DNA of 64,000 nucleotides from an uncultured Gammaproteobacteria bacterium (GCA_947258875.1 CAMYKB010000003.1:12358-76357), one strand, 5' to 3'; positions 37,244-49,026 are shown, counted from the first letter of the stretch. Numbers and translations: made by a program. The notes: generated by a model not told the origin, from the sequence alone.

Positions 37244-37600
37244 TTAGAGATAGCGGGGTGGGCGGTATTCCAGGGAGGGCAGAAATTCGTGTGGGGCGAA
37301 GCCGGGCTTGCTGATCAAGACAGATATGATTTCTGAATCGCCAGTGGAATTGGCTGTCAGCATGGTCTGCGTGAAACTGCTATCAGCGCAGTTATTGCAT
37401 TGGCCGTTATGATCACAGCCCTTGTTTTGATCCTGTTGCTTGTCCATTTTGCAGTGTGTGGCCTGCTCAGACATTTGTTGGCAGTGTTTGCAGTCGTCAG
37501 CATCGGTGAGATGTGCAGGTGCAGCCATAGCCTGCAAGGGCGCAAAAATCAGGCTGCAGACCAAAAGGAATATCCACCATATATTGCGGCGAGTTTTCAT
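37244..37600 (-). CDS. Small secreted Cys/His-rich protein (copper-island family member 3)
   Basis: Signal peptide. CKHCQQ, HCKMD, CDHNGQCNNC. C-terminal ...PHEFLPSLEYRPPRYL tail matching the 30081 and 30605 ORFs. Confidence 0.55.
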   Translation of the reverse strand: MKTRRNIWWIFLLVCSLIFAPLQAMAAPAHLTDADDCKHCQQMSEQATHCKMDKQQDQNKGCDHNGQCNNCADSSFTQTMLTANSTGDSEIISVLISKPGFAPHEFLPSLEYRPPRYL

Positions 37601-37843
37601 ATAGAACGAAGCTTAACTCCCACTATTTCCATTTACAAGCAAGTGATAATAGTAAGCTGATATAAATCAAGACCAGTAATCAAGCCTGATAGTTCCGATT
37701 GTTGTGTAAACTGAGGTATGGGAACGACGGATCAGCAGCTCTATTCGTCAGGCTTAAGGGAGGTCACCTCATTAGTAAGATGCAGCAAGTCGCGTGATGG
37801 GGGAATGGTTTTCATCGCGCTGCCCTGGTGAGGCTGGGCTGCC

Positions 37844-40800
37844 TCAGGCGGACTGGCTTGCGTTCAGCGTTTCCTGCTTTTGCTTGCCAAACACCTCATC
37901 GAATGGCGTAGCGCGGCCTAATAAAAAACCTTGAACGTAATCTATGCCAATCTCTTTGAGGAGGCTGAGCGTCTCTTCATTCTCGACACATTCCGCGATG
38001 GTCTTAATGCCCATGATCTCACCCACTTCGTGAATAGCGGCCACCATGGCGCGATCTACGGAGTCATTAGCAATGCCGCGAACGAAGTGCCCGTCAATTT
38101 TCAGAAAATCGACAGGTAGGTTTTTTAGATAGTTGAAAGATGACAGCCCGCTGCCGAAATCATCCAGCGAGAAACTGCAACCGGTATCACGCAGTGAGGT
38201 GATGATATTGGAGGCCTGTGCGATATTGCTCACAGCAGCGGTTTCAGTGATTTCAAAGCAAACGCATTCTGGTGGCACATGGAACTCAATCAACGTCTGG
38301 CAGACATAGGACACCAGATCACGGTCATTCAGCGATGTTCCGGACAGGTTGATCGTCATTTTGCTGGCTGGCGGGGTGTCCGTATTGCTCATATAGCGAC
38401 GTAATGCTTCATAAATCACCCAACGGTCGATCTTGCTCATCAGGTTATAGCGTTCCGCAGCCGGTATGAACGCGCCGGGTGAAACCAGCTGGCCGTCTTC
38501 ACCTGTCAGCCGCAACAGGATCTCATAGTATGTGGCGGGGCTGCCATCTGCGGGCAGGCTAATGATAGGTTCGCAATACAAATCAAATTTTCCCTGCGTC
38601 ATAGCATCTGATAATGCCGCCGCACGGAATAACTCATTGTGCCGTTTACCGGATTCATCGTCTTCAAACTGGTAGATGTGCAACCGGTTGCGGCCTTGTT
38701 CTTTTGCGGTATAACAAGCGACATCGGCGCGGGTAAGGAGTTGCACTGCACTGTCTGCGTTATCGGAAATCGGTGTAATGCCTATGCTTACGCCTATGCT
38801 GAAACTGTGGTCTTTCCACAAAAACCGGTAGTCGTTCAATGCGCTAATGAGTGTTTCCGCGATATGTTCGGCGTGATGCAATGAACAGCTATGTAATAAC
38901 AAGCAGAATTCATCGCCGCCTATCCGGGCTAGTGTGTCAGCCGCACGTATCTTATGTAACAGCAGGTTGCTGACCTGCTTGAGTAGTTTGTCCCCTGCGA
39001 TATGCCCGACTGTATCATTGATGACCTTGAACTGGTCCAGGTCCAGGTAGCACAGCACGTGTTGTTGATCCGAGTTTTTAACGTCCTTGAGGGCCTGCTT
39101 TATCAGACGTTCGCATTCACTGCGATTGACGAGGCCTGTGAGTGAATCGTGGGTCGCCTGATAGGCCATTTGTCTGGCAAGATGTCGTGATTCGCTGATA
39201 TCTATGAACGTAAAAACATAGCCGCGGTAGGTGCTGTCTTCACCAATGATGGCTGATGCCGAACTCTGGATGGAGAATTCACGGCCATTGCGACTGGTCA
39301 TGATGATGTCATCATTAACGCCGATCGAATCCTGCTGATGAATATAAGCGTCAATGGGAGACGTGACTGGTTCGCGTCCCAGTTCAGTCATCACTTTGAA
39401 TACCTCGTTGATAGGTGTCCCAATCGCTTCGCTTTCAGCCCATTCCGTTAGCTCCCCGCTAACCGGGTTCATATAGGTAATGATACCTTCCGGGTCGGTA
39501 GTAATTACGCCTTCATTGATTGAGTCGAGCGTAGTCTGAATACGATTTTTTTCGGTAGCCAGGGTGGCTTGTGCCTGCTGACGTTCACTGACCTCGGTTT
39601 GTAGCTGGGTGTTGGCTTCATGTATCTCAACAAACTGATTGCATAATGATTCTGTCATGGTGTGCAGGGTGTTGGTGAGGGAGCGAATCTCGGAAATTCT
39701 GCTTTTTGGCCATTCGATGAAACGTCCGCTAACCAGGCGGTTGGAGAGTGCCGATGTTTCGTTTACCAGACGTACCAGCGTATCGGTTGCGCGTCGGCTG
39801 AGGATGGCTGATACCAGGGCAGAGATAAGGGAAACAAGAAACGCAAAACCGAGGTACTTAACATATACATTCTGTAACTCTGTGATGTTGCCAGATAATG
39901 GTTTTTCAATGACTGCATGGGCGTTTAGCAAGGCGCCGTCAAGATCAGGTTCGATGATGGCAACAGAATTCCTCCAACGTGCCAGCGCGGGCATTGCTTC
40001 ATTCGGCAGGAAGTTCGGTATCTTGTCTGCGAAGGAGAGCGTGGCCTGAGCTCTCTTGTGCGCATAGTCATCTCCAGGGGCCAGATCTGGGCTGGTAGCG
40101 GCGATGACGCGGCCATTTTCACTTACTATGGCGGCCTTTGCGCCAATGGATTCTGTGAATTCGGCGAAGACCTCGAGTAGGCCCTGGCTTGACAGATTAT
40201 AGCTCACGCTTGCCAATTTCCGCTGATTCTCCAGCAAGTCGATGCTGTAAGTGATGCGGTCACTATTACCACTACCACTCGTCCCTCGTGGCTGGCGGAA
40301 ACTCCTTTGATAAAGAAGTTTATTGTTGGCATCAGACAAGACGATTTTGCTGGGTGCGAGTTTAGCGAACTGATCGTGCAGGTTGCTTTGATTCAATCTG
40401 CTTGCCAGGCGTCTGGGATTGTTGATTAATTCAGAAAGCTTATCGCCCTTGTCAGTGACGCTAACTGTAAGTTGGTTTGATATGGTGTGCGATGTGGCTG
40501 CTAAATTCTGTTTAATCTCATCAAGGATCTTTGTGTGGTCCTGTCTTGCCTGGTAGGCGAAAATACTGATTGCCGGGATTACAGCGAAAGAGATCAGCAG
40601 GCTTTGCAGTGATCCCGTGATGGAAACAAAATTTCTATTATCGTTCTGATTGCGCCAGAACACGGAAGGGGTAATGGCCGCCAACAGTATGGCCGCCACC
40701 GCATTGGTGATGCCGTTAACCGGCTGCTTGAACAGGATAGTCAGTGCTTGAGGGTTATCGATATGCAATGTCCCGGAATAGAAAAACCAGGTCATCGGCA

Positions 40801-41131
40801 TGCCCAGCAACAGCCAAAAGGCGATATCTGCGGCTACGATGTCTGTTTGTGTGCGGCGGATTAATGTACCGACGAACAGCGCCTCGGCAGTGAAGGTGAT
40901 CAGCGCGTAGGGATGCCCCCAGTGCAATAAGGTGTAGCTACTGGCGGCAATGGCAACGACCACCCCCCAGAAAGTGCCAAGATGGCGGGTCACGGTCAGT
41001 GTGGCTATGCTGCCGAACAGGTAATTGACGCCCAGGAAAAGAGGCAGGCTATAGTAATTGCCAGCGAATCCCGCTATTGAAAACAGTAGGACGATAGACA
41101 GGGTCTTGATCATCGCTACAAAATTATTCAA
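37844..41131 (-). CDS. Membrane-anchored sensory protein with PAS, GGDEF and EAL domains (c-di-GMP turnover)
   Basis: 1095 aa. N-terminal multi-TM region. PAS (LDSINEGVITTDPEGIITYMNP). GGDEF (RIGGDEFCLLL). EAL (EALRRY...CFEITETAAV). Confidence 0.9.
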   Translation of the reverse strand: MNNFVAMIKTLSIVLLFSIAGFAGNYYSLPLFLGVNYLFGSIATLTVTRHLGTFWGVVVAIAASSYTLLHWGHPYALITFTAEALFVGTLIRRTQTDIVAADIAFWLLLGMPMTWFFYSGTLHIDNPQALTILFKQPVNGITNAVAAILLAAITPSVFWRNQNDNRNFVSITGSLQSLLISFAVIPAISIFAYQARQDHTKILDEIKQNLAATSHTISNQLTVSVTDKGDKLSELINNPRRLASRLNQSNLHDQFAKLAPSKIVLSDANNKLLYQRSFRQPRGTSGSGNSDRITYSIDLLENQRKLASVSYNLSSQGLLEVFAEFTESIGAKAAIVSENGRVIAATSPDLAPGDDYAHKRAQATLSFADKIPNFLPNEAMPALARWRNSVAIIEPDLDGALLNAHAVIEKPLSGNITELQNVYVKYLGFAFLVSLISALVSAILSRRATDTLVRLVNETSALSNRLVSGRFIEWPKSRISEIRSLTNTLHTMTESLCNQFVEIHEANTQLQTEVSERQQAQATLATEKNRIQTTLDSINEGVITTDPEGIITYMNPVSGELTEWAESEAIGTPINEVFKVMTELGREPVTSPIDAYIHQQDSIGVNDDIIMTSRNGREFSIQSSASAIIGEDSTYRGYVFTFIDISESRHLARQMAYQATHDSLTGLVNRSECERLIKQALKDVKNSDQQHVLCYLDLDQFKVINDTVGHIAGDKLLKQVSNLLLHKIRAADTLARIGGDEFCLLLHSCSLHHAEHIAETLISALNDYRFLWKDHSFSIGVSIGITPISDNADSAVQLLTRADVACYTAKEQGRNRLHIYQFEDDESGKRHNELFRAAALSDAMTQGKFDLYCEPIISLPADGSPATYYEILLRLTGEDGQLVSPGAFIPAAERYNLMSKIDRWVIYEALRRYMSNTDTPPASKMTINLSGTSLNDRDLVSYVCQTLIEFHVPPECVCFEITETAAVSNIAQASNIITSLRDTGCSFSLDDFGSGLSSFNYLKNLPVDFLKIDGHFVRGIANDSVDRAMVAAIHEVGEIMGIKTIAECVENEETLSLLKEIGIDYVQGFLLGRATPFDEVFGKQKQETLNASQSA

Positions 41132-41621
41132 CAGTCATGCCCGTTGGTCGTTATCATCATACAGCCCAGCCCCCTGCCCAAGATGCCCAAAGATATAGTA
41201 AATACGCAGAATTTAACGCTTTTTCTCGTACATAGCTATTTTAAGTTAACCAATCTGCTGCTCAGTGCCGCAGCTGATACTGCGACGGAGGGCGGTGGAT
41301 AGGGGCAAAACAGGCTATGGGTTAATTGTTGGAGTTGGGCTGTTTCAGTGCTGTCAGCGGGTTATGCATAAATAAATCTTCCGCGATCTGTGGCTTAAAG
41401 GGGACGAATCCAGCGCGCTTCCCAGGATGGTAGGCTATGTGCAGGTGCTGCGCTGGCGGGTAATAGTTGCTTATGGAGAAACCATTATTATTGTAAGTTT
41501 GTTCAGTTTACATTCAGGTCTTTTCTTGTAACATGCGAGTCTAAATTATGGGGGTTCCCGCTAGGGGGCTGTTTGAAATATTTTTTATATTCATATAGAT
41601 ATGGTAATTAGGAGAGGTGAA

Positions 41622-41933
41622 ATGATCAGGTTAGCACGCATTATTGTTGTATTAGGCTTGCTGATTAGCGGTAGCGCGATGGCTGCCGGGGATGCAGCAG
41701 CAGGTAAAACTAAGGCGGCATCCTGTGCCGGTTGTCACGGCGCTAATGGTATTAGCAATGTCCCGATGTACCCTAATCTGGCAGGCCAAAAGGAAGCCTA
41801 TATTGTCACCACATTGAAGGGTTTCAGATCCGGTGAACGCAAGAACGCCACCATGAAGGCGATGGCGGCAGGCCTGTCCGATGCGGATATCGATAACCTC
41901 GCTGCTTACTTCTCGGGCTTGAGTTGCAATTAA
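41622..41933 (+). CDS. Monohaem class I cytochrome c (c552/c4-like)
   Basis: GGAGAGG RBS. Signal peptide. CAGCH, then ...PNLAGQ...Y.V..L..F...R. Confidence 0.8.
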   Translation: MIRLARIIVVLGLLISGSAMAAGDAAAGKTKAASCAGCHGANGISNVPMYPNLAGQKEAYIVTTLKGFRSGERKNATMKAMAAGLSDADIDNLAAYFSGLSCN

Positions 41934-41951
41934 CGAAATTATATTTGCACA

Positions 41952-41984
41952 ATAAAAAGGCCCGCTTTAGCGGGCCTTTTTATT
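41952..41984. terminator. Bidirectional rho-independent terminator
   Basis: aaaaaGGCCCGCtttaGCGGGCCtttttatt between convergent genes. Confidence 0.8.
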
Positions 41985-41999
41985 GTGCTGGCATTGTGG

Positions 42000-42452
42000 T
42001 TACAGGTATTTTCCAAGTATGACGAGCGCAATCAGTAGCAGCCCAAGGGTAAGGTTGATGCCGATTAATATTCGAATCTGGTTTAGGCTTTTACCGGCCG
42101 CCTGAAAATCCTCTGCATCAACAGCGCGAGATAAACGTTTGAATGGCCCAAAGAACACATGCAGGTAGATCAGGATCATGATGATCCCCAGCAGCTGCAT
42201 GGTATGGATATACCCGGCCGTTGTGGCCATGCCGCCGAAATAACTGAATAGCATCCAGTAGCCGGTTACGGGTAACAAGATGATCGCGGCCCACACCCAT
42301 GGGAAAAACCTGCGAAAGGTGTCGCGCCACAAGGTCAGGCGTAGGGGGGGATCCAGCAGTTGTGCGGCCACCGGGCGTAACGCCACATAAGCGAAAAACA
42401 TACCGCCTACCCAGATAACAGAGGCGAGTACATGTAATGTGTAGGCAATAGA
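42000..42452 (-). CDS. Conserved integral membrane protein (4 TM, CopD-like)
   Basis: GGGAG RBS before MSIAYT. Four hydrophobic helices. Family unassigned. Confidence 0.5.
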   Translation of the reverse strand, partial: SIAYTLHVLASVIWVGGMFFAYVALRPVAAQLLDPPLRLTLWRDTFRRFFPWVWAAIILLPVTGYWMLFSYFGGMATTAGYIHTMQLLGIIMILIYLHVFFGPFKRLSRAVDAEDFQAAGKSLNQIRILIGINLTLGLLLIALVILGKYL

Positions 42453-42633
42453 CATTCGGGCTCCCGGGTGCTCAGTCGTGGATTGTGTTGAACGCTTCAT
42501 TCTCCTGAAACTGGCGCCCAGGCACAACAAAGACTTTAGTATTTACGGAGATTAAGTCGTTTTGGGCTGAAAAATGTGTCCTGATCGGGTAAAGTCCCCG
42601 CTTCCTGAGATTTTGAGTAACGAGGCAACCCGT

Positions 42634-43326
42634 ATGGCTAGGCAGCAAGATCATATCGCCCCGTCCATCCTGTCCGCTGATTTCGCCCGCCTGGGTGAGG
42701 AAGTCGGCAATGTATTGAAGGCTGGCGCCGACATCGTGCACTTCGATGTTATGGATAACCACTATGTACCCAATCTGACGATTGGTCCCCTGGTATGCGA
42801 AGCACTGCGCAAGCATGGTGTTACAGCGCCTATCGATGTGCACTTGATGGTGAAGCCGGTGGATCGGATCATTCCCGATTTTGCCAAGGCTGGTGCCAGC
42901 TATATCACCTTCCACCCTGAAGCCAGTGAGCACATCGACCGTACCCTGCAACTCATTAAGAACGAGGGTTGCAAGGCCGGATTGGTATTCAATCCTGCGA
43001 CCTCCTTAAGTTACCTTGAGTATGTCCTCGACAAGATAGACATGGTGTTGTTGATGTCGGTGAATCCCGGTTTCGGTGGGCAGAGCTTCATCCCTGCGAC
43101 CCTGGAGAAACTGCGCCAGGCACGCAAGCTGATCGATGGCAGTGGCCGTGACATTCGGCTTGAGATCGACGGCGGCGTCAAGGTGGATAACATCCGTGAG
43201 ATCAAGGAAGCAGGCGCCGATACCTTTGTAGCTGGTTCTGCGATTTTTGGTGCAGCCAACGCCAGCGATCCGAACCATTACGATAGCATTGTCAAGGCGA
43301 TGCGCGAGGAGCTGGCCAAGGCCTAA
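42634..43326 (+). CDS. rpe: Ribulose-phosphate 3-epimerase
   Basis: [24 protein letters not shown]...[17 protein letters not shown]...HLMV matches Rpe throughout. Confidence 0.9.
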   Translation: MARQQDHIAPSILSADFARLGEEVGNVLKAGADIVHFDVMDNHYVPNLTIGPLVCEALRKHGVTAPIDVHLMVKPVDRIIPDFAKAGASYITFHPEASEHIDRTLQLIKNEGCKAGLVFNPATSLSYLEYVLDKIDMVLLMSVNPGFGGQSFIPATLEKLRQARKLIDGSGRDIRLEIDGGVKVDNIREIKEAGADTFVAGSAIFGAANASDPNHYDSIVKAMREELAKA

Positions 43327-43344
43327 TTGAGAAGGATGCAGGGC

Positions 43345-44025
43345 ATGAGTTTGCATAAACCCAAAATGGTGCTCATTGATGTCGATGGTACACTGGTCGA
43401 TAGCGTGCCTGACCTTGCGTACTGTGTTGACGAAATGATGTCCCACCTGGAGATGCCGCGGCGTGGTGAAGACGCCGTGCGCAACTGGGTCGGTAACGGT
43501 GTGGAGCGCCTAGTAGAACGCGCGCTGGTTAACCAGCTCGATGGCAAGCCTGAGCGGGTGTTATTCGACAAGGCGCTGCCGATTTTTATGGACCTGTACG
43601 CCGAAAATACCAGCAAGCGCAGCCGTCTGTATCCGGGGGTGGAAGAAGGCTTAGCCTATCTCAAGTCACTGGGTGTGCGCTTGGGTTGTGTGACCAACAA
43701 GGCGGAGCGTTTCACCCTTCCTTTGTTGCGAGAGCTGGGGATCCATGACCATTTTGAAATTGTCATCAGTGGCGACGTGCTGCCCCGCAAGAAACCCGAT
43801 CCCATGCCCTTGTTGCATGGTGCCGAGCAACTCGGTGTCGATCCCGGCGAGGCGCTGATGCTGGGTGATTCCATTAGCGACGTCAAGGCCGCGCGTGCCG
43901 CCGGTTTCCAGATTATTTGCATGAGTTATGGTTATAATCATGGCGAAGATATCCGTGACTACAATCCGGATGCCGTGATTGACTCCATGGCGGAGTTGAG
44001 TACCCTGTTGGAACAAGCGGCATAG
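43345..44025 (+). CDS. gph: Phosphoglycolate phosphatase (HAD superfamily)
   Basis: HAD motif I LIDVDGTLVDS. Follows rpe, as in many Proteobacteria. Start could also be at 43327 or 43336. Confidence 0.8.
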   Translation: MSLHKPKMVLIDVDGTLVDSVPDLAYCVDEMMSHLEMPRRGEDAVRNWVGNGVERLVERALVNQLDGKPERVLFDKALPIFMDLYAENTSKRSRLYPGVEEGLAYLKSLGVRLGCVTNKAERFTLPLLRELGIHDHFEIVISGDVLPRKKPDPMPLLHGAEQLGVDPGEALMLGDSISDVKAARAAGFQIICMSYGYNHGEDIRDYNPDAVIDSMAELSTLLEQAA

Positions 44026-44125
44026 AGACATGATGATGCTCATTCAAGCTGAAGTTTGGCAAGGCGCAGGACAGCGATGGTGGTAAACCATCTGCAAACC
44101 TGTGCCCGACAACTTTTGACTTGGA

Positions 44126-45622
44126 ATGAGCCGTATGAAACCTGAACAATTCGAACACCTGGCCGCACAAGGCCACAACCGCATCCCCATGGTCCGCGAA
44201 GTGCTCGCCGACCTCGATACACCATTAAGTGCCTATCTGAAGCTGGCCGCCGGCCCCTATTCCTATTTATTCGAGTCCGTGCAGGGCGGTGAGCAATGGG
44301 GGCGATATTCCATTATTGGCTTACCTTGTCGCAGCGTGCTCAAGGTGTCCGGCCACCGCATTGTTGTTGAGACCGATGGCAGGATTGTCGAAGAGATTGA
44401 TGCAGACGACCCCCTGGCCTGGCTAGAGGATTACCAACGGCAGTTTTCAGTGGCCCAGGTGAATGGCTTGCCACGGTTTACTGGCGGACTGGTAGGTTAC
44501 TTTGGTTACGATACTATTCGTTATATCGAACCCAAGCTGGCCAAATCTGGCGGAGTACATAAATCCGACCCGTTAGGGACACCTGATATCCTGTTGATGG
44601 TATCGGAAGAAGTGGTGGTGTTCGATAATCTCAGTGGCAAGCTGTACATCATAGTTAACGCGACTCCCGGTAATTATGCGTCTGCTGTGCAACGACTCGA
44701 TAAGTTGGAAGCAATACTGCGCACCGCCACGCCGGTGTACAAGGTCAATCAACATGCGCGTAGCGTCACGGAAGCGGACTTCGTGTCCGGTTTTACTGAA
44801 GACGGTTTCAAGTCGGCAGTAGCAAAGGCCAGGGAATATATCATTGAGGGTGATGTGATGCAGGTGGTGCTGTCGCAACGCCTGTCAGTTCCGTTCGAGG
44901 CGCGGCCACTGGATCTGTACCGTGCCCTGCGCAGCCTCAACCCGTCACCGTATATGTATTTCCTTGATCTCGGGGATTTTTATATTGTGGGCTCTTCACC
45001 AGAAATCCTGACGCGCTTGGACGAGGGTGAAGTTACTGTCAGGCCTATCGCGGGTACTCGCAAGCGCGGCAGTACGCATGAACGTGATATAGAGCTGGAG
45101 CGCGAACTGTTAGCCGATCCCAAAGAACTGGCCGAGCACCTGATGCTGATCGATCTGGGGCGCAATGACATCGGCCGTGTCAGTGAAACGGGCAGCGTGC
45201 AACTCACCGAGCAGATGTTGATCGAGCGCTACTCGCATGTGATGCATATCGTCTCCAATGTGATTGGCAAGTTGTTACCGGGCAAGAGCGCCATTGATGT
45301 ATTGCGTGCCACATTCCCGGCAGGCACCGTCAGCGGCGCCCCCAAGATTCGCGCCATGGAGATCATCGACGAACTTGAACCCGTAAAACGTGGTGTGTAT
45401 GCCGGCGCCGTGGGTTATCTTTCCTGGAACGGTAATATGGATACCGCGATCGCCATACGCACTGCGGTGATCAAGGACAAGACCCTGCACATCCAGGCGG
45501 GTGCGGGCATAGTCTATGATTCTATTCCCGAGCTGGAATGGAAGGAGACCATGAATAAGGGGCGTGCGGTGTTCCGCGCCGTGGCGATGGCCGAAGCGGG
45601 TCTCGATGGCGTGCATAAATAG
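44126..45622 (+). CDS. trpE: Anthranilate synthase component I
   Basis: Full-length chorismate-binding enzyme with the LLESV-equivalent LFESVQGGE motif. Followed by trpG. Confidence 0.9.
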   Translation: MSRMKPEQFEHLAAQGHNRIPMVREVLADLDTPLSAYLKLAAGPYSYLFESVQGGEQWGRYSIIGLPCRSVLKVSGHRIVVETDGRIVEEIDADDPLAWLEDYQRQFSVAQVNGLPRFTGGLVGYFGYDTIRYIEPKLAKSGGVHKSDPLGTPDILLMVSEEVVVFDNLSGKLYIIVNATPGNYASAVQRLDKLEAILRTATPVYKVNQHARSVTEADFVSGFTEDGFKSAVAKAREYIIEGDVMQVVLSQRLSVPFEARPLDLYRALRSLNPSPYMYFLDLGDFYIVGSSPEILTRLDEGEVTVRPIAGTRKRGSTHERDIELERELLADPKELAEHLMLIDLGRNDIGRVSETGSVQLTEQMLIERYSHVMHIVSNVIGKLLPGKSAIDVLRATFPAGTVSGAPKIRAMEIIDELEPVKRGVYAGAVGYLSWNGNMDTAIAIRTAVIKDKTLHIQAGAGIVYDSIPELEWKETMNKGRAVFRAVAMAEAGLDGVHK

Positions 45623-45629
45623 GGGTTGG

Positions 45630-46211
45630 ATGATGCTTTTGATGATCGATAATTATGACTCCTTCACCTATAACCTGGTGCAGTATCTCGCTGAGCTGCA
45701 GACCGATGTCAAGGTGGTGCGCAATGATGCAATCAGTATTGCAGAGATCGAAGCGCTGGCGCCTGAACGCATTGTGATTTCACCAGGGCCGTGTACACCC
45801 AATGAGGCCGGAATTTCGTTGCAGGTGATCGAGCATTTTGCCGGCAAGCTGCCGATTCTGGGTGTGTGTCTGGGGCATCAGTGTATCGGTCAGGCCTTCG
45901 GTGGGCGTATCGGACACGCCGGCGAAATCATGCACGGCAAGACCTCGATGATTCACCATAAAGATCAAGCGGTATTCAAGGGTCTGGAAAACCCCTTTGA
46001 GGCGACGCGTTACCATTCATTAGTGATCGAGAAAGATAGCCTGCCGGAGTGTCTGGAGATCACAGCCTGGACCGAAATCAAAGATGGGCAACTGGATGAG
46101 ATCATGGGTGTACGCCATAAGGAATACGACATTGAGGGCGTACAATTTCATCCGGAGTCTATTTTGACGCGGCATGGACATGATTTGTTGCGGAATTTTC
46201 TTGGCGATTAG
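45630..46211 (+). CDS. trpG: Anthranilate synthase component II (glutamine amidotransferase)
   Basis: [20 protein letters not shown]... with GVCLGHQ catalytic Cys and H...E triad. Confidence 0.9.
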   Translation: MMLLMIDNYDSFTYNLVQYLAELQTDVKVVRNDAISIAEIEALAPERIVISPGPCTPNEAGISLQVIEHFAGKLPILGVCLGHQCIGQAFGGRIGHAGEIMHGKTSMIHHKDQAVFKGLENPFEATRYHSLVIEKDSLPECLEITAWTEIKDGQLDEIMGVRHKEYDIEGVQFHPESILTRHGHDLLRNFLGD

Positions 46212-46301
46212 TGTCGTTAACGTAAAGGCCATTAGGTAATGTATCCGATAGAATCGATCTCGTAGGCTAATGAGAATCTAATAATTCAGGTTAAAGTCAC
46301 T

Positions 46302-47318
46302 ATGAACATCCAACAAGCCATAGCCGCAGTTATCGAACATCGGGATTTGAATGCTGATGATATGACTTCTGTGATGCGCAGTATTATGACGGGTGAGAGC
46401 ACGCCGGCGCAGATCGGGGGATTTCTCATCGGACTGCGCATGAAGGGCGAGACGGTAGATGAGATCGCCGCTGCGGCCACTGTGATGCGTGAGCTGGCGG
46501 CGCATGTGGAGGTCGATAAGACGCATCTGGTGGATACCTGTGGCACGGGTGGCGATGCCTCAGGCAGTTTTAATGTGTCTACTGCCAGCGCGCTGGTGGT
46601 GGCCGCTGCGGGCGGGCGTGTCGGCAAGCACGGTAATCGTTCGGTATCCAGCAAGTCAGGTAGTTCGGATGTGTTGGAGGCGGCCGGGGTGAAGCTGGAC
46701 TTGAATCCACAACAGGTTGCGCGTTGTATCGATGAGGTCGGTGTGGGCTTTATGTTTGCACCCATGCACCACAGTGCAATGAAACATGCCATTGGGCCGC
46801 GTAAGGAGATGGCGGTTCGTACTATTTTCAATCTGTTGGGTCCGTTGACGAATCCTGCTGGTGCGCCCAATCAGGTGCTGGGTGTGTTCAGCGAGCATTG
46901 GTTGGAAGCGATGGCTGAGGTGCTCGGCAAACTGGGCAGCCGGCATGTTGTGGTGGTGCATTCCGAGGATGGCCTGGACGAGATCAGCATTGGTGCGCCC
47001 ACGCGTATTGCCGAATTGAAGCAGGGCAAAGTCGAGACCTACAGCGTATCGCCAGAGGATTTTGGCCTGCTGCGCAGTCCCTTGGATGCCATCAGGGCTG
47101 ATTCCGCGGAGCATAGCCTGGCTATCATCAAAAGTGTGCTGGCTAATGAGCCGGGCGCGGCGCGTGACATTGTGTGTTTGAACGCCGGTGCGGCGATTTA
47201 TGTGGCTGGCCTTGTTGATGATCTTAAGGCGGGTGTGACTAAAGCGGCCGAAAATATAGCCAGTGGCGCAGCGGCCAAAAAGTTGCAATCCCTGGTCGAC
47301 CTAACACAATCTTTCTGA
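46302..47318 (+). CDS. trpD: Anthranilate phosphoribosyltransferase
   Basis: GTGGDG motif ([20 protein letters not shown]) and overall TrpD similarity. Confidence 0.9.
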   Translation: MNIQQAIAAVIEHRDLNADDMTSVMRSIMTGESTPAQIGGFLIGLRMKGETVDEIAAAATVMRELAAHVEVDKTHLVDTCGTGGDASGSFNVSTASALVVAAAGGRVGKHGNRSVSSKSGSSDVLEAAGVKLDLNPQQVARCIDEVGVGFMFAPMHHSAMKHAIGPRKEMAVRTIFNLLGPLTNPAGAPNQVLGVFSEHWLEAMAEVLGKLGSRHVVVVHSEDGLDEISIGAPTRIAELKQGKVETYSVSPEDFGLLRSPLDAIRADSAEHSLAIIKSVLANEPGAARDIVCLNAGAAIYVAGLVDDLKAGVTKAAENIASGAAAKKLQSLVDLTQSF

Positions 47319-47362
47319 TTTTCTAGTAACTAAATTCCAAGCATTCACAACCAAGAACTATC

Positions 47363-48166
47363 ATGCCTTCACCTCCTGATATTCTGCAAAGGATCCTGCG
47401 CCGTAAGGCTGAGGAGGTTGCCGAGCGTAGCGAGCACAATAGTGTGCAAGATCTGCTGCAGCGCATCGAAAATGCCCCGTCAGTGAGGCCCTTCGCTGCT
47501 GCCATGGCAGCGCGAATTGATGCGCAACGGCCAGCAGTGATTGCTGAGATCAAGAAGGCCTCGCCCAGCAAGGGTGTATTGCGCGAAGATTTTAATCCGG
47601 CAGCAATAGCCACAAGCTATGCTGCGGGCGGCGCTACCTGTTTGTCAGTGCTGACAGACCACGACTTCTTTCAAGGCTCTGAGAATTACCTGCAGGCTGC
47701 GCGTGCCGCTTGTGAGTTGCCGGTGCTACGCAAGGATTTTATTATCGACCCGTACCAGGTGTACGAGGCACGCAGCATCGGCGCCGATTGTATTTTGCTG
47801 ATCGTCGCTGCACTGCATGATACAGGTCTGCGTGAACTCTATGGCCTTGCGCGCGAACTCGGTATGGATGTGCTGATCGAAGTGCACGACGCTGTTGAAC
47901 TCGAACGTGCCCTGCAGCTGAAACCCCGATTGTTAGGAATTAATAACCGTAACCTACGCAGCTTCGAGACGCACCTGGAGACCACGTTGGATTTGCTGGA
48001 CAAAATCCCACAGGAAAGTCTGGTGATTACTGAGAGTGGCATACTGCAGCCGGATGATGTGGCGTTGATGCAAGCGCATCACGTAAACGCCTTCCTGGTC
48101 GGGGAAGCCTTCATGCGAGCCAAAGATCCGGGTTTAGCTTTAAAGGCAATGTTTAGTTTTAGTTGA
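47363..48166 (+). CDS. trpC: Indole-3-glycerol phosphate synthase
   Basis: [12 protein letters not shown]...[11 protein letters not shown]...LLI TIM-barrel signature. Confidence 0.9.
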   Translation: MPSPPDILQRILRRKAEEVAERSEHNSVQDLLQRIENAPSVRPFAAAMAARIDAQRPAVIAEIKKASPSKGVLREDFNPAAIATSYAAGGATCLSVLTDHDFFQGSENYLQAARAACELPVLRKDFIIDPYQVYEARSIGADCILLIVAALHDTGLRELYGLARELGMDVLIEVHDAVELERALQLKPRLLGINNRNLRSFETHLETTLDLLDKIPQESLVITESGILQPDDVALMQAHHVNAFLVGEAFMRAKDPGLALKAMFSFS

Positions 48167-48280
48167 AAAGCAAAATTAGTAGTGTAGGTTGGGCTGCGCA
48201 ACGCGCTGCTCAAGCGACAGATTTGGCTTGCTTTCATCGTTCCTTAATTAAGCATTAAGTACTTGAAACTAAAGTTGCTC

Positions 48281-48946
48281 TTAGCGCGTGCCGAATACCA
48301 CTATGGTCTTGCCGTGTGCAGAGATTAGGCCGCGGTCTTCAAGTTCCTTGAGGACGCGCCCGGCCATTTCGCGTGAACAGCCAACAATCTTGGAAATTTC
48401 CTGGCGAGTAATTTTGATCTGCATCCCATCGGGATGGGTCATGGCGTCCGGTTGCTTGGCGAGATCAAGCAGGGTCAGGGCGATGCGGCCTGTGACATCG
48501 AGAAACGCCAGATCGATGACCTTGCGGCTGGTATCGCGCAAACGGGCTGCAATCTGCGACGCCAGCGAGAACAGTAGGTCAGGGTCCTCAGCTGCCAGTT
48601 CGCGGAATTTGGTGTAGTGCATTTCCGCCAGTTGACATTCGGTGCGGGCAACAACCAGCGCGCTGCGCGGGTCGGTCTCGAACATGCCCATCTCACCAAA
48701 GAAGTCGCCCTTGTTGAGGTAGGCGAGTACCATTTCATGGCCGCTTTCGTCTTCGATCATTACGCTGACCGAACCGTCAATTATATAGTAGAGTGTGTCT
48801 GCAATGTCGCCGGCGTGGATGATGACGCTACGTCCAGCGTAGTGTTTTTTGTGGCAGTGCCCCAGGAATCTTTCCAACGAGGGATCCAGGTCCGGTTTCT
48901 GTGGTTTAAGTGTAGGCATTGCTTGGCTCAAGGCGTTATTAGTCAT
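48281..48946 (-). CDS. crp: cAMP receptor protein family global regulator (CRP/Vfr)
   Basis: [23 protein letters not shown] and the surrounding HTH are essentially identical to E. coli CRP. AGGA RBS before the ATG at 48946. Confidence 0.9.
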   Translation of the reverse strand: MTNNALSQAMPTLKPQKPDLDPSLERFLGHCHKKHYAGRSVIIHAGDIADTLYYIIDGSVSVMIEDESGHEMVLAYLNKGDFFGEMGMFETDPRSALVVARTECQLAEMHYTKFRELAAEDPDLLFSLASQIAARLRDTSRKVIDLAFLDVTGRIALTLLDLAKQPDAMTHPDGMQIKITRQEISKIVGCSREMAGRVLKELEDRGLISAHGKTIVVFGTR

Positions 48947-49026
48947 TGTATGTCCTAAGTTTAGCAAGGATTGAGTTTTTCCCGAAATCTATTGACTGAA
49001 ATATTTGAGGAAGGTTCATTAATATT

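Noticed and set aside
44026-44125. Possible trp leader/attenuator upstream of trpE
   Set aside because: No short ORF with tandem Trp codons and no alternative terminator/antiterminator hairpins followed by a T-tract were found in the 100-bp leader.
46286-47288. Long minus-strand ORFs (194 and 210 aa) inside trpD
   Set aside because: Antisense shadows of a well-supported biosynthetic gene.
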